DNA from: Octopus vulgaris
Lineage: Eukaryota
Reading direction: 5' to 3'
Assembly: GCA_951406725.2 (NCBI GenBank)
Contig: OX597816.1
Location: 91,326,001-91,390,000 of the forward strand
Length of the DNA stretch: 64,000 nt
The position numbers were made by a program, and so were the translations under genes. Below the pieces are notes generated by a model. That model made no database searches. It was given only the letters and a program-made list of their open reading frames with translations, and was not told the origin of the DNA. This document shows positions 23,621 through 37,164 of the stretch, one piece after another; position 1 is the first letter of the stretch; every line of letters starts with the position of its first letter.

Positions 23621-26600
23621 TTGTGTACTGGGGTTGATCTAATTGACTGGCCCCCCTCCCCCAAAATTTCAGGCCTTGTGTCTAGAGTAGAAATGAATAT
23701 TTATAACCAATATTAACATGCTGTTATTTATTACTTTATTTGCTTTGAGATTCACCATTCCTAAAAAAACTATTTGCATTTTATTTAAAATTGTAATTGT
23801 AATATTGCTTTTTACTCTTATTTGTGTGTACTTATAATATAAATCTAATATAATTTCATTGTGCATTTTTCTTTCTTCTTGTGTTTTATTCAGCATACTC
23901 TTCATTTACTTTTGGCTGTCATTGCTTTCTTTCTTTACTTGGCTTATTGCTGCTTTCTGTCTTTGCTTTTACCATTTTCTGATCATTTGTAGTGCACTTC
24001 AGCACTGTATACAATAAGCTTATTCTGTTTTATGCTGAATATTCACGTTTGCTGCTCAGAATTTCTTTGAGCATTTGTTCAATGACAAAAAGCTGAAGGA
24101 ACACACACATATGTGCGTGTGTGTGTTGGTGTTATGAAAGGCATCCAACCATAGAAACCATGCCAAAGCAGACACTGGAGCTCGGCATAGTCCTCAAACT
24201 TTCCAGCTCCTGTCAACCCATCCAATCCATGCCAACATGGAAAAATGAAATTAAATGATGATGTTGATTATGTAACTCTTCACAAATATTTAAGTAGAAG
24301 CACATGCATGACAGTATAATATTTTTAAAAAATGGATAATAAACTATGAAGCAAAATCAACTCCCATTTGATTAAAATAATCTATTTATCTATTTACTTA
24401 TTTATTGCAGAACATGAGGTGGGGTTTTGAAGAATGCCATTTGGTGAAAGGGAACACTTAGTTACAAAATTTGAGAACAACTGCTCTATAATCTAAAATG
24501 ATCTCTGGAAGTTATTTGACCCCTGCCCAGGCTAATGATATAGAATTAAGAAAGTTTCTGAAAATAGAAAGTGAACTTTTAATTAAGTATGAAGATTATA
24601 TCTGCTTACTCTTGGAAGAGGGAATATGTGAAATTTACTGAAACTTCAGAATGGAACAATTAATGTACTTTAGAGTTGATAGAAATGCTTTGTGACATTT
24701 CTTGCAGCTCGTTACATTCTGAATTCAAATACTGCCAAGGTCAACTTTAATGGTCATCCATTCAAGGTCAGCAAAGTAAGTACAAGTCAAGTACTGTGTT
24801 CACTGTAATTGACTGATCCCTTCCACTAAAAGTACTGACCTTCTGTCAAAATTTGAGACCATTATCTTTATCATGGCAGTGAGCTGACCAAATTGTTAAC
24901 ACATTGGACAAAATGCTTTGTGGCATTTCTTCCATCTCTGTATATTCTGAGTTGAAATTCTTCCAAATTAACTTTGCCTTTCATCCTTTCAAGCTCAAGA
25001 AAACAAGTACCAGTTGGGTCACTTAGAGTGGAGGGAAGTTGTGAAAGGGGGAGACCCAGGAAAACATGGGACAAAGTATTGAAGGCCGATCTCAAAACAC
25101 TGAACCTTACAAAGGAGATAAACAGAGGAATGAGATATGTGATGCATTGCTGTTCATGAGAAGACCACAACAGAATTGAGGTCCTAAAACCAAGGTGCCA
25201 CATAAAAAGCATTGGTGTGGGTGTTGATGTCACATAAGAAGCACTAGTGATGGTGCCACATAGAAAGCATCCAGTACACTTGTGGAGTGGTTCGCACTAG
25301 GAAGGGCATCCAGCCATACAAACTAAGCCAAAACAAACAATGAAACCTAGTGTGGCATCTGGCCTCACCAGTTCCTGCTAAGCCATTCAGTCCAGGCCAG
25401 CATGGAAAATGGACATACAATGTTGTTGTTGTTGTTGATGATGATGATTTACTCCATTCCCTAAAACTGTTGATTTTGTACCTAAATGCAAAACCATCAT
25501 CATCATCTTCATCATCATAATCATCATTATCATTATTATGATAACATTTGATTTGCATATGACTGCATTTTCTTCCTGTTATAATGCATTACTATTATTG
25601 AATAATTCTGCAGTTAATTTCCTTCTTTGAATAATAATAATATCCATTTTGATAATAATAATAATAATAATAATAATTTTTCTTGCTCTTATTGTAGTAG
25701 TAGTAGCAGTAGATTTTTTTTCTTTTCGTGTTTCTTTTATAACTTTTCCAAATAATCAGAATCCATAGTGATGGCAGTGGTGGTGAGGTTAGTACTTACT
25801 CTTGGGAATTACATCATCCACAATATCTACTTAGAGCTAAGTGGAATCAGCTGTTGAGAGAGTCAAGCGTTGTGATATTGGAGCAGAACACAACGTTGGT
25901 GGGGCAGGATACAGTGCCAACATTTTAGCTGATTGTCTGGTACCCTGCTAAATCACTCACCCATAGCCTTCTGAAAAAGACGGAATAGTAGTAGTAGTAG
26001 TAGTAATGGTGGTGGTGGTGGTGACGTTTGTAGTGATGCTAATGTATTAAGGCATAATCAAATATCTGTATTTGGAAAATAACATCATAAAATGTTGGCG
26101 TAAAGTAAGCAGATCAACAGGATTATGTGAGAAGCAATAATGTTATCCTTCTATGTGTTCTAGGGGACAAAGATCTTTTCTTCTTTTTGTTTTTCTTTCT
26201 ACACGCCATCTGCTTTGTCTGTATAGTAATTCTATCCTGACATAACAGCAGGACAAAGAAAAGAGGGCAACATTAGGAGTAATAAGTTAACTGTTCCCTT
26301 GGCAACAATATCCATAACAATAACATCATCATCTTCAGATGCAACAGAAACAGCATCACCACCGACAATACATTAATAGCTATCAACATCGGTGGTACAG
26401 GCTGTACATTTATAAACATCATCATCAGTGATATTGGGTGTACATTAATAAGCATTACCATCAATTGTAAAGGATGTAATTAATAAACATCATAATAGGC
26501 ACAGGTTTGGCTATATGGTAAGAAGCTTGCTTCGCAACCACATGGTTACAGGTTCAGTCCCACTGTGCGGCATCTTGGGCAAGTGACTTCTACTATAGCC

Positions 26601-26700
26601 TTGGGCTGACAAAAGCCCTATGAATGGAATTGGTAGGCAGAAACTGTATGAAGCCTGATGTGTGTGTGTGCGTATGTGTGTGTGTATATATATATATATA

Positions 26701-28030
26701 AAGGTTTGGAAGCTGAAAGATCCTGTGAATGGACAGAGATTTAGAGACATATTACTTGAAGCTTTTGATGAAATGGAGGTGGATATAGCATCACATAATG
26801 TGGAAGACAACTGGAGGTTCCTACAGGACTACTTGTTGAGAGCTACTGACCAGATCTGTGGATGGTGCAAAGTCCCCTCTCAACCCAAGGTAACATGGTG
26901 GTGGAACAATGTAGTTGTAGGGTCATTAAGGGAAAGAAACATGCATGGAAGAACTGGAACACCGGTGGTAGCAGGGAACTGTATCAAATTGCTAGAAGGG
27001 AAGTTGAGAGACAGGTTTTCTTAGCCAGAGGAGAAGCAGAAAAAATTTGCCAAAGACTTGAAGCATTTCATGTTGCAAGACAGAGTGTGAGAGAGAACCA
27101 TTATGTTATAGGAGAGACATGTGTCTGCATGGATGATGACTCACTTGTATTTAATGAGGTTGCAACTTGGAGACGCCCCTATGAAAGGTTGCTAAATGAA
27201 GAGAATGAATGGGAGAAAGAGAGTCTGCCAACAGAGAGTTGACCCAACAGAGGGACCAGCTATCTGAATTGACAGTGCCTTGGTAGATAAAGCAATTAAG
27301 AGTATGAAGATAAGGAAAGCCCCCAGCCCATCAGGAATCACCAAAGAGATGCTTAAAATATATGGCAGTGTTGGCTTTAGTCTAGTTACCTGCATAGTCA
27401 ATCAGGTGATACATAAAGGAACCATACCCAATGACTGGTGTAGCAACACCATAGTCAATTGCTACAAAGGTAAAGGTGATGCATTAGATATGAATAATTA
27501 CAGAGGTATCAAGTTGTTGGATCAGATAATGTCATGAAGAAGATCATAGCCCAATTAATTAGGGAGAGAGTTAGTTTAGATGAGATGCAGTTTTGGTTTG
27601 TGCCAGGGAAAAGCACCACTTATGCTATATTTCTGGTAAGACAACTACAGGAGAAATACCTAGCCAAAGATAAACCTCTCTACTTGGCTTTCGCTGACAT
27701 GAAGAAAGCCTTTGACAGGATCCCCTGATTCCTTATCTAGTGGTTAATGAGAGGAGTGGTTAGTGAGAGCTGTACAAGCCATGTACAGAGATGCTCTCAG
27801 TTAGATGAGGGTTGGCAATGAGCATAGTGAATAATTCCGGGTAGGGGTATGGGCCCACCAAGGATCAGTCTTCAACCCCTTCTTATTCATCATAGTCCTC
27901 CAGGCAATAACAGAGGAATTCAAGACCAGTTGTCCCTGAGAGCTCCTCTATGCTGATGACCTTGCTATAATAGCTGAATCACTATCAGAACTAGAGAAGT
28001 TTCAGGTGTGGAAGCAAGATCCAGAATCTT
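26701..28030 (+). mobile_element. Degenerate RTE LINE internal fragment
   Basis: Broken ORFs KVWKLKDP...WWWNN, NDWCSNTIVNCYKGKGDALDMNNYRGIKLL, AFADMKKAFD, LLYADDL; parallels 2244-3267. Confidence 0.88.
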
Positions 28031-29742
28031 CAAGGTGTTGCTCCAGCATGGCTGCAGTTAAATAACTGAAAAAGAAAATGAAGATATCAGTGATACTTGT
28101 ACATTAATAACTTCAACCTCATTAATATGGGCTGTATAAGAATTGGTAGCTATTTCTATCATAGGCACAAGGTTACAAATTTTGGAAAGAAGAATATAGT
28201 CAATTTAATTTCCCCAGAATTGAGTGGTATGCTGTCCAAAAGAGATAAAGTCAAATATCAGTGCTGGTGGATATTGAACTCACAATATAAATACTACAAA
28301 ATATACAGAATATAAATACTACAAAACTCTACCACACCGGTTAATTGTTGCAATATGACAATAGCAACAATTATTACAACACAGCAACTCTATCATAGTG
28401 ACAGGTGCAGAGTGCCAATGAGAGGGCCTCTATCTGATTGCTTATTGCTAGAAGTAATAGTCATGTCACACCCAAATCACAAACCCCTGCCTTAAATAAA
28501 GATCACACTGGAGCATAGACTTATCTGCACTTCACTGTGTCCTTTAGTTATCTATAAGTAATGACATGACAAGAAAAGACTAATTTGCTTCGGTAGGAAA
28601 GGATTTACGTAAAAGGGAGTGGATAAAATAATTCCCCTATAGTAAAGGCATTAAATGTTCCCTAAGGCATTGGTTGGCCCAGGTTACTGTAGAGGGCACT
28701 TACCAAAGTGCTGAAACCATATGGTTGAGAAACAAACTTCTTAATCACTCAGCCATTCCATAAATCTCAGGGTTGTGTTGACTAAATAATGAAAAGTTAT
28801 AGAGACAAGTAAAGTTCTATGACAAACTGAACATCATCATCGTCATCATTTTAATGCTTGCTTTTCCATGCTCATATGGGTCAAATGGAGTTTACTGAGA
28901 CACAAGGTTTTGGTTAGCCTGGGACTATAGTAGAAGACACTTTTACCCAAAGTACCATGAAGTGGACTGAACCCAGAACCAAATAGTTGGGAAGCAAACT
29001 TCTGATGACACAGCCAGCCTGTGTCCACACAAACACACAGTTAAAATTTGTGCAGAGGATTAGTAAATATTCTAAACATTATAAAGATGATGTGTGAACT
29101 GAATCACATAAAGGCTTCATCATATTTACTTATGAGAAATTTATTATTATTTATATTGTATCATTATTATGTATATAATATATAGCATTTATCATCTTCA
29201 TCATCATTTAATGTCTATTTTCCATGCTGTTTTGGGTTGGATTGTTTGACAGGAGTTGGCAAGCTGGAGGGTTGCACCAGGCTCCAGTCATCTGTTTTGG
29301 CAAGGATTCTACAGTTGGATGCCCTTCCTAATGCCAACTGCTTTACTGTGTGTAATGGGTGCTTTTATATGTGGTGCCTGCATGAGTGCTCTTTATATGG
29401 CACCAGCCCAGGTGCTTTTTATGTGGCACCAGCACTTGTAGAGTCACCAGAGGGAATACTTTGTTACCATAGTAGGACAAGGAAGTGGAGAGGGTGGTGG
29501 CAGTGGTGGGATTATGGCCATAAAAGACATTCCTGTGTATATAGATGACCATGGTTTTACTTAGCTTACATGATATAAAATGTTTACAACAAAATAGTCA
29601 TGTGTTTGACTTCAAATGAGATGACATTAGGATTCATGAATCCAAAGATATAAGAAGACAAGAACTACAAATATAGCTTTAACTAACATGTATTCCTTTG
29701 TAATATATTTTCAAATATTTCATGTAATTTTTCCATTTTCAG

Positions 29743-29895
29743 TCATGGGGCTTCCAAAAAGGAAGGCGGCATTTGGTGCGGAAAAAAGTATGCACACAGA
29801 ATGAGCTTAGTCAAGATGTACCAAGTGAAATCATTTTGGACAACAACGATATCAAAGACCAGAAGTGCTTCATCAGTGTGAATGCAAATATAGTT
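29743..29895 (+). CDS. WDR97: WDR97-like exon
   Basis: ttttcag|SWGFQKGRRHLVRKK...KCFISVNANIV|gtaagt; 153 nt; resembles the WDR97 WQFRSGGRRLV region as recalled. Confidence 0.85.
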
Positions 29896-30281
29896 GTAAG
29901 TTAGTTACTTTATTAATTTTACAGCCCAAAGTCAGCCAATTTGGGTATCTTGTGCATGGTTTAGTGGTTAGGGTGTTGGACTCATGATTGTAAGATTGTA
30001 GTTTCAAATCCTGGACTGGATGATGTGTTGTGTTGAAGAGCAAAGCATTTCATTTCACATTACTCTAGTCAACCCAGCTGGCAAAAATGAGTAATCCTGT
30101 GACAGACTATCGTCTCATTGAGGTGGGGATAAATATGTGCCACAGAAACCAGGAAACCAGCCCTACGGGTCTGTATAGCTTGAGAAGGATCTTTATCCTT
30201 ATCTATCTTTAATTTAGGTATCTTTGGGAGTAAACAGAAGTTACATGGGAACCAGTACATGTGGGTAAGCTACCTGTGCAT

Positions 30282-31863
30282 TAGGGTGGAGCGAAAAATG
30301 CAACTTTCGAAATTGGGAACCAAGAATCAATATTTTGTTGCAAATTATGGTTAAAAGAAAGGTGTAGAAAGAACTTTATGGTTAAGTATTCTTTTCAGGC
30401 TCCATAAGACAATAGAAAATTTTTTAAATTACTATTTTTGGTTGAATTTTGGATTTCACGAATTATAAACCATAACAAATACATATTTCTACATAGTGGA
30501 ATGCAAAACAATAAATATAGTATCCTTAAGACGTTATATACCAAATGTCAAAACAATTGGCTAATATCTTAAGGTTCTGCATTAACTATAAAGAAAACGG
30601 GAGTGTGAACTTCTCTCCAATGCCGTTGCAATGATCATTGTGTGTGGATGTATATCATACGTATGTGAAGTTTTCTGCTTTGTACCTTGACTTTAAACCA
30701 TCGTATTAAAATTAATGATTGTGTTAAATTTAGTGTTGTTTACATTTAGTGATGACTTGTAAGCCAATAACGTGTCATGATATTGGTACCCCATGTGATC
30801 TTAGTGAGTGAGTTTTGCCAACATACAAGGACGTATTAAAATGTCCTTTATTTGAATGAGAAAAAGAAAAGAATGTCGTTAAGAAAGATCCTTCAATTAA
30901 ACAAATTATCAAGATTATAGTGGAAAAGATAATTCTTCTTTGGCAAATGGCATCCATCCCTTGTGTTATGATTGAGTCAGTTAAATTGAAAATCTTAAAC
31001 TTTTATCTAAAGTACCAAGCATTACTAAAATCTGTGAAAAAAGAGAAAATGTGCTCTCATTTCAAACAAAGTGTAATGTGTTTAAAAACAATGCAACAAA
31101 AGATTTATCTGATATTTCCAGTTGCAAGTGCAACTTCTTCAAAAACTGCAGATGTAGTAGAGACAAAAATGGACCACAGAAAAAACAAGATTTTTACAGG
31201 ATCAATGGACAAATCAAAAAATGATCATTGGCAGAATAGATGAAGCAGTTTCTAAACAGAACATTCATAGGTTGATTAGAAAGAATCGGTCAGATTACAG
31301 TTGCCCCTTTATGTCAGCAAATGAAAGTAAGATTTTCGGTTTAACTGACTCAGTTGTAACACAAGGGTTGGATGCCTTTTGCCAAAGAAGAATGAATTTT
31401 TCTGCTACAATTTTGACAATTTTGTTTAATTTAATTGAATATATGTGTAATCTAAACCTCATGTAACACATATTCAGTGACCTAGTATTAAAAATAATAA
31501 AGAAAACAAAGTCGAAAAGTCTATTTATTTCACATAATTTTGAAGTTTCAAGTGTGTTGTGGAGCCTGAAGACATAAATTTTAGAGCTTGAGATTTTAAC
31601 CCTCTTGTTTTTAAAGGATTTTGCAAAAGGAAGTTGATTTGTAACAATGAAGGTAAAAAATAAAATGAGGAACAGCAAATGTGTTATAAATTGATTTTTC
31701 ACTCGTTATTCAAAATTTCAAGTGGGCTGCAGAGCCTGAAAATGTAAATTTAAGAACTTTAGATTTTATCACAGTTGTTTTTAAAGGATTTCACAATAAA
31801 AAAATATATTCTTGAAAACATATTTTGAAAATCTGTAAAAAGTATCTTTTTCACTCCACCCTG
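30282..31863. mobile_element. Degenerate DNA transposon with TAGGGTGGAG termini (hATm-like)
   Basis: Left tagggtggagcgaaaaa and right tttttcactccaccctg form ~17-bp TIRs; internal remnant IILLWQMASIPCV; no clear TSD. Confidence 0.55.
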
Positions 31864-32387
31864 TTGAGCCTTACAGGATATATGTCTGTATGATGATTTA
31901 TATCTTATCTTTTATCTTTTACTTGTTTCAGTCATTGGACTGCAACCATGCTTGGGATCCACCTTCAAGGGTTTAGTCAAACAAATTAATGCCAGTACTT
32001 ATTTTTAAGTCTGGTATAAATACCTTATGGTATTTGTCCTGGCCATTTTTGTGCCATGAGTTTAAATCCTACCTAGCTCAAATTTGCTTGTCATTTCTTT
32101 GGGATCAACTAATAAAGTACCAATTGATACTTCTTCTCTTTCTCACCCCTTCTCCTCTCTCTTTCCCCTCTCTCTCTCCTTCTTCATCCCTCTTTTTTTA
32201 TCTCTCTCCTCACTCACCCCACCTCTCCCTGGAATAATTCAACTGTGGTTAGACCTTGAGAGGGAAGGACTCTGCCAGATTTTGACACCCAAAACATGTT
32301 GTATGGCACAACCAGTGCTACCTTAAGGCAAGTGTTATGCGTCCTGAAGCACCAAACACCCAGGACGCCCATGGCCAAGTTAATATA

Positions 32388-32612
32388 ATTTCTTTATTTA
32401 TTGCCTACAGGGGGCTAAACATAGAGGGGACAAACAAGGGCAGACAAAGTGATTAAGTTGATTACGTCGACCCCAGTGCATAATTGATCCCGAAAAGATG
32501 AAAGGCAAAGTTGACCTTGGTGGAATTTGAACTCAGAACAAAATACTGGTAAATGAAATACCGCTAAGCATTTTGCACAGCATGCTAACGATTCTGCCAG
32601 CTCGCCGCCCTG
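32388..32612 (-). mobile_element. Third SINE family (body with gcctttcatc.tttcggg motif)
   Basis: Minus strand ggcggcgagctggcagaatcgttagc...gagttcaaattcc...gcctttcatc; related copies at 10790-10980, 24870-25010, 43030-43400, 45048-45170, 54775-54892, 55650-55855. Confidence 0.7.
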
Positions 32613-33206
32613 AAAACTAATACCATTAAACCTGTATCAATAGTGGTGGAGGCCCACTTTTTTGTACAGCACTTGGACTCAGAAGCATGCATATAATGTT
32701 GTTTTATCTTTTACGTGTTTCATTCGACTGCATCCCTCGAAGGGTTTGGTTAATCGAACCAACTCTAGAACTTTTTCCTAAGCTTGGTACTTATCCTATC
32801 AATGTGTTTGCTAAACTGCTAAGTTATGGGGACATAAACAAACCAACACACATACATACATAAGCATATACTTGATGGGCTTCCTTCAGTCTCTCTCAAC
32901 CAAATCCACTCACGAAGCTTTGGTCAGCTCAGGGCTATGGTTGAAAACACTTGCCCAAAGTGCCATGCAGTGGGAATGAGCTCAGAACCATGTGGTTGGG
33001 AAGCAAGATTCTTACCACATAGCCTATGTTTATAGATATATACAAAGGTAAATATTAAATATCAATATGTAGTTTATTTCCAGTTTGTGTAACTTTTACT
33101 CCTTTCTAATATGAAAATATAACTACATGTCAATAAAATGGGATATTATTTATTCTATTTATAACACAAAAGACCAAGTTTTAGTATATATTTTATTTAT
33201 TTTCAG

Positions 33207-33330
33207 GTGTTTTTTGTGCAATTCATGAACTTTCTGTATTCAAAACAAAGGCTTCATCAAACTAGAATATGTGCAATGACTTACTTCAAAACATATCAGT
33301 TGCTTATAACTGGTTCTGAAGATGGTTGTA
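33207..33330 (+). CDS. WDR97: WDR97-like exon (WD40 repeat)
   Basis: tttcag|VFFVQFMN...LHQTRICAMTYFKTYQLLITGSEDGC|gtaagt; 124 nt, phase 0-1. Confidence 0.88.
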
Positions 33331-35927
33331 GTAAGTAATTCTTTCAACTCTCTTATCATTACTAGAACAATATTTATCATACTTAAAGTAAAAAGGTAAT
33401 GATAAAATTACCTCCTTGAGCCATACCGACTCATAAGGGCCAATTTCCCAGTATCTATGGCATAAAATTCCCCACCTGGATGGGACGTCAGTCCACCACA
33501 GAATTACTCATTTTTGCCAGTTGAGTGGACTGGAATTAACGTGAAATCCAGTGTTTTGCTCAAGAACACAATGCATCACCCAGTCCAGGAATCGAAACCA
33601 CAATCTTACAATCATGAGTCCAACACTCTAACCATTAAGTCATGTGCCCTCCACATAATAAAAATGAGTACAGGGCCCTTATTCTAGAGATCCCTTCATC
33701 AGTGGGAAATGGTTTGCAATTTTTGATCAGTAAAATCAAAATTTATTTCTATTTATAACCAGAAGTTACATAATGTCTGGAAATTCTAAATGTTTCTATG
33801 TCATCATATAAGAATGTCCAAACTTTTATACGTAGAGAACTTACATTCTCAGTTTTTTTTAATATCATCTCACTAAAGGACAGTTGATAGTCAATTTGGT
33901 TGAATCATCATTCATCATAATCTTCATCCTCCTCCTCATCATCATTTAACATCTATGTTCCATGTTGGTATGGGTCGAGTGGTCCGATAAGATCCAGTGA
34001 GTGCAAAGACTGCATTGTGCTTCAATGCCTGCTTTGGCATGGTTTCTAGGCTGGAAGCCCTTCCTATTGCCAACCACTTTACAGCTTGTATTGGGTGCTT
34101 TTCTCATACCACCAACACTATTGAGGTTGCTATACAGCTCACAAGACTACGAACCCTGAAGGAGAGGAGGGCTCAGCTTTATGCAAAGGTATGAATGGTT
34201 AAAGTATGAGAGGTGGAGGGTAGGCACAGCTGCATGGTTACTCACATTTTGTTGGGGAGAGAAAGAATTATCAGTAGGATCTACAAAGGGATAGATATTA
34301 GAGATGAGATGTCCAAGTAGTCTCTCAAAGCATGAAGTGAGGAGAAATAGGTGGAGTACCACTAAAAACTATGTTGTAATTCTCTTTATGTTCTCAATTT
34401 TATATCTAACTAGAGTTGATAAAATAAACCCCAGAAAATATTGCATATATTAGCTACAGCTTTCTTTCATATATTTGGCATATGTTTGTGGCTTTGTGTC
34501 ATTGTAAGAAATTCATATTAAGCTGTGGTAAAGAAAGTTTAATGACATACCTGTGTGGTTAAGAACCTCACTTTGCTACTGCATGGTTTGGGGTTCAGTC
34601 ACACTATGTGACAAATTGGGCAAGTAACTTCTACTCTAGCCCCTGGCCAACTATGGTTTCTATGGTTTCTATTTGGCATGGTTTCTATGACTTGATGCCC
34701 TTCCTAATGCCAACAACTCTGAGAGTGTAATGGGTGCTTTTATGTGCCACTGGCATGGGTGCTATTTGCATGACACCAGTACCTGCCACAACTGCAATTT
34801 TGCTCAGCTTGATGGGTCTTCTTCTCAAGCATGACATAATGCCAAAGGTCTCAGTCATTTGTCATTGCCTCTATGAGACCCAACACTCAAAAGAAGCTTT
34901 TCATGTTCCTTGTATGAGAATTTGGTTGCTGGAAACTGTGTGGAAGCCCATTGTATGTGTGTGTGTGTGTGTGTGCATGTGCGTGCGTGTCTGTCTGTCT
35001 GTCAGTCTGCCTGTATTTGTCCCCTCCTCAATGTATGGCAACTAGTGAACCAGTGCGGGTTTGTTTATGTTTCCATAACTGAGCAGTTTGTAACAGAGAC
35101 TAATAGAATAACTGTCAGGCTTAAAAAAAAAGAAAAATATTGGGGTTAATTTGTTAGATGAAACCTTTCAAGGGGTGCTCTAGCATGGTCACAGTTCAAT
35201 GATTCAAACAAGTAGAAGATAAAAGATAAGATACAATAAATGCCCTTATGTAATTGAATTATATAACTAGCACTCTGTCAGGTGTAATGACAAGGCTTCC
35301 GGTTGATCCAATCAGTGGAACAGCCTGCTTGTGAAATTAACGTACAAATGACTGAGCATTCCACAGGCATGTGTATCCTTAACATAGTTCTCAGGGAAAT
35401 TCTGCATGACACCAAATGTGACAAGGCTGGCCCTTTGAAATACAGGTACTACTCAATTTTGTCAGCTGAGTGGACTGGAGCAACGTCAAATAAAGTGTCT
35501 TGCTCAAGGACACAGTGTGTTGCCAGGAATAGAACTCACAACCTTATGATTGTGAGCCAATTACCCTAACCATGTGCCTTCACTAATCAAATTATATCAG
35601 CATCATCATTATCTTCATTTAACGTCCATCGTCCATGCTGGCATGGGTTGGACAGTTTGACCAAGGCTAGTAAGCTGAGTGGCTGCACCAGACACCAGTC
35701 TGATTTGGCATGGTTTCAATGGCTGGGTGCCCTTCCTAACACCAACCACTCCGAGAGTATAAGGAGTGCTTTTATGTGCCGGTTGCATGACATCAGTATC
35801 TGCCACGACTATATATATCTTAGAAAACACCACGATGGATCTTACTTGAGATGTTATTTGACTGCACATCTGTGCTTATATTTATGAAGTCATTACTAAT
35901 ACACTTTTTTTTTATTATTTATTTCAG

Positions 35928-36093
35928 TCAAAGTTTGGGATCCAGACTGGAATGTGTTACTGGTCTTTGTGGGTCATAATGACAAAATTATAAAGCTCAT
36001 TCAATTTCCACACAGTATAGCAAATCTTGTGTCTGTAAGTACTGATGAAACTTTAAGAATATGGAACCTGGAAACACAAGAAGAAATCAGAAG
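35928..36093 (+). CDS. WDR97: WDR97-like exon (WD40 repeat)
   Basis: tttcag|IKVWDPDWNVLLVFVGHNDKI...LVSVSTDETLRIWNLETQEEIR|gtatac; matches WDR97 VKVWEADWQIRMVFVGH...DGTLRTWDL as recalled; phase 1-2. Confidence 0.9.
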
Positions 36094-36186
36094 GTATACT
36101 AAAGATGAGGAATTATATTTGTTTTCCTCTGTTGTCATTCATTTGTTCATTCATTCAATCGTTCACTTTCTTTTGTAAGTTGTAAA

Positions 36187-36553
36187 TCTATATATATAAA
36201 ACTGAAGTTGTCTGTGTGTGGCGGGTTTGGTAGCCTTCAACTAACACTATCTCCTCCGAGACCCTGCATTGCAAGTTGACCAAAGTTGAGAGTATGATAG
36301 AAGAAGGCTTGCTCTTCATTCCATAGAAGATAAAATTCAAATCGGACCATGTTAAGACCAAAAATTATTTACATCAAAAAGGTTTTTTAACGATTTTTTT
36401 GACTGCTGTGTCACCATTTTTCAGTGTATTTCAACCAGAAAAATGTTCACTTAAAGAGAATAACAAGCTACATAATGCAAAATTTTTACTTTTTAAAAAT
36501 TCCAATTCTAAAGGGTCAAAACAAACCAGAGCAACGCTGGGTGATACTGCTAG
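36187..36553 (+). mobile_element. Non-autonomous Helitron-like element, distinct internal sequence
   Basis: A^TCtatatatataaaactgaagttg...ccagagcaacgctggg tgatactg CTAG^T. Confidence 0.78.
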
Positions 36554-36756
36554 TCTATTTTAAATATAAGCCAATTTTAAGCAGATTTATGACTAAGGGT
36601 ATTCCATCTGTCCTCACAACAATTCTTTTCTTCTCTCAGACAGTGTGTATCTAGTATTACATTATGCAATGTGTCCCAATCTTACCCAAGATAACAGGGG
36701 TAAATTGTGGCAGATTTGAAGGATTATGTTCTGGTTTTATTATTGGCTTGGTTATC

Positions 36757-36793
<37 letters not shown>

Positions 36794-37164
36794 CTATTTG
36801 TGGTGTTTCTGTATGTTTAATAATGGCTGGGACAAAGCATCAGAGCAGAAATGACAACATCCATGTTCTGTTCCTTTTCAAGCCCCTATTATCTGTAAGA
36901 AGAAAGAGTCAAAATTATCGTCAGGCCTGGTGACGAGTTAAGTCTATCAAGTTTCTTTTTTGCTTTTGTTCCAAGATTTCAGATGCACAAATTGAATGGA
37001 ATTTTCAGTTGTGGCTGTGTGGAAGTTTACTTCCCAACCACATAGTTCTGGGTTCAGTTGCACCATGGGCAAGTGTCTTCTATTATAGCTCAAGGCTGAT
37101 CAAAGCCTTGTGAGTGGATTTGGTAGACAGAAACTGAAAGACGCCCATAATATGTACAGCAATA

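Noticed and set aside
33670-33705. CUGAUGA on minus strand as hammerhead
   Set aside because: No GAAA or stems I/III follow.
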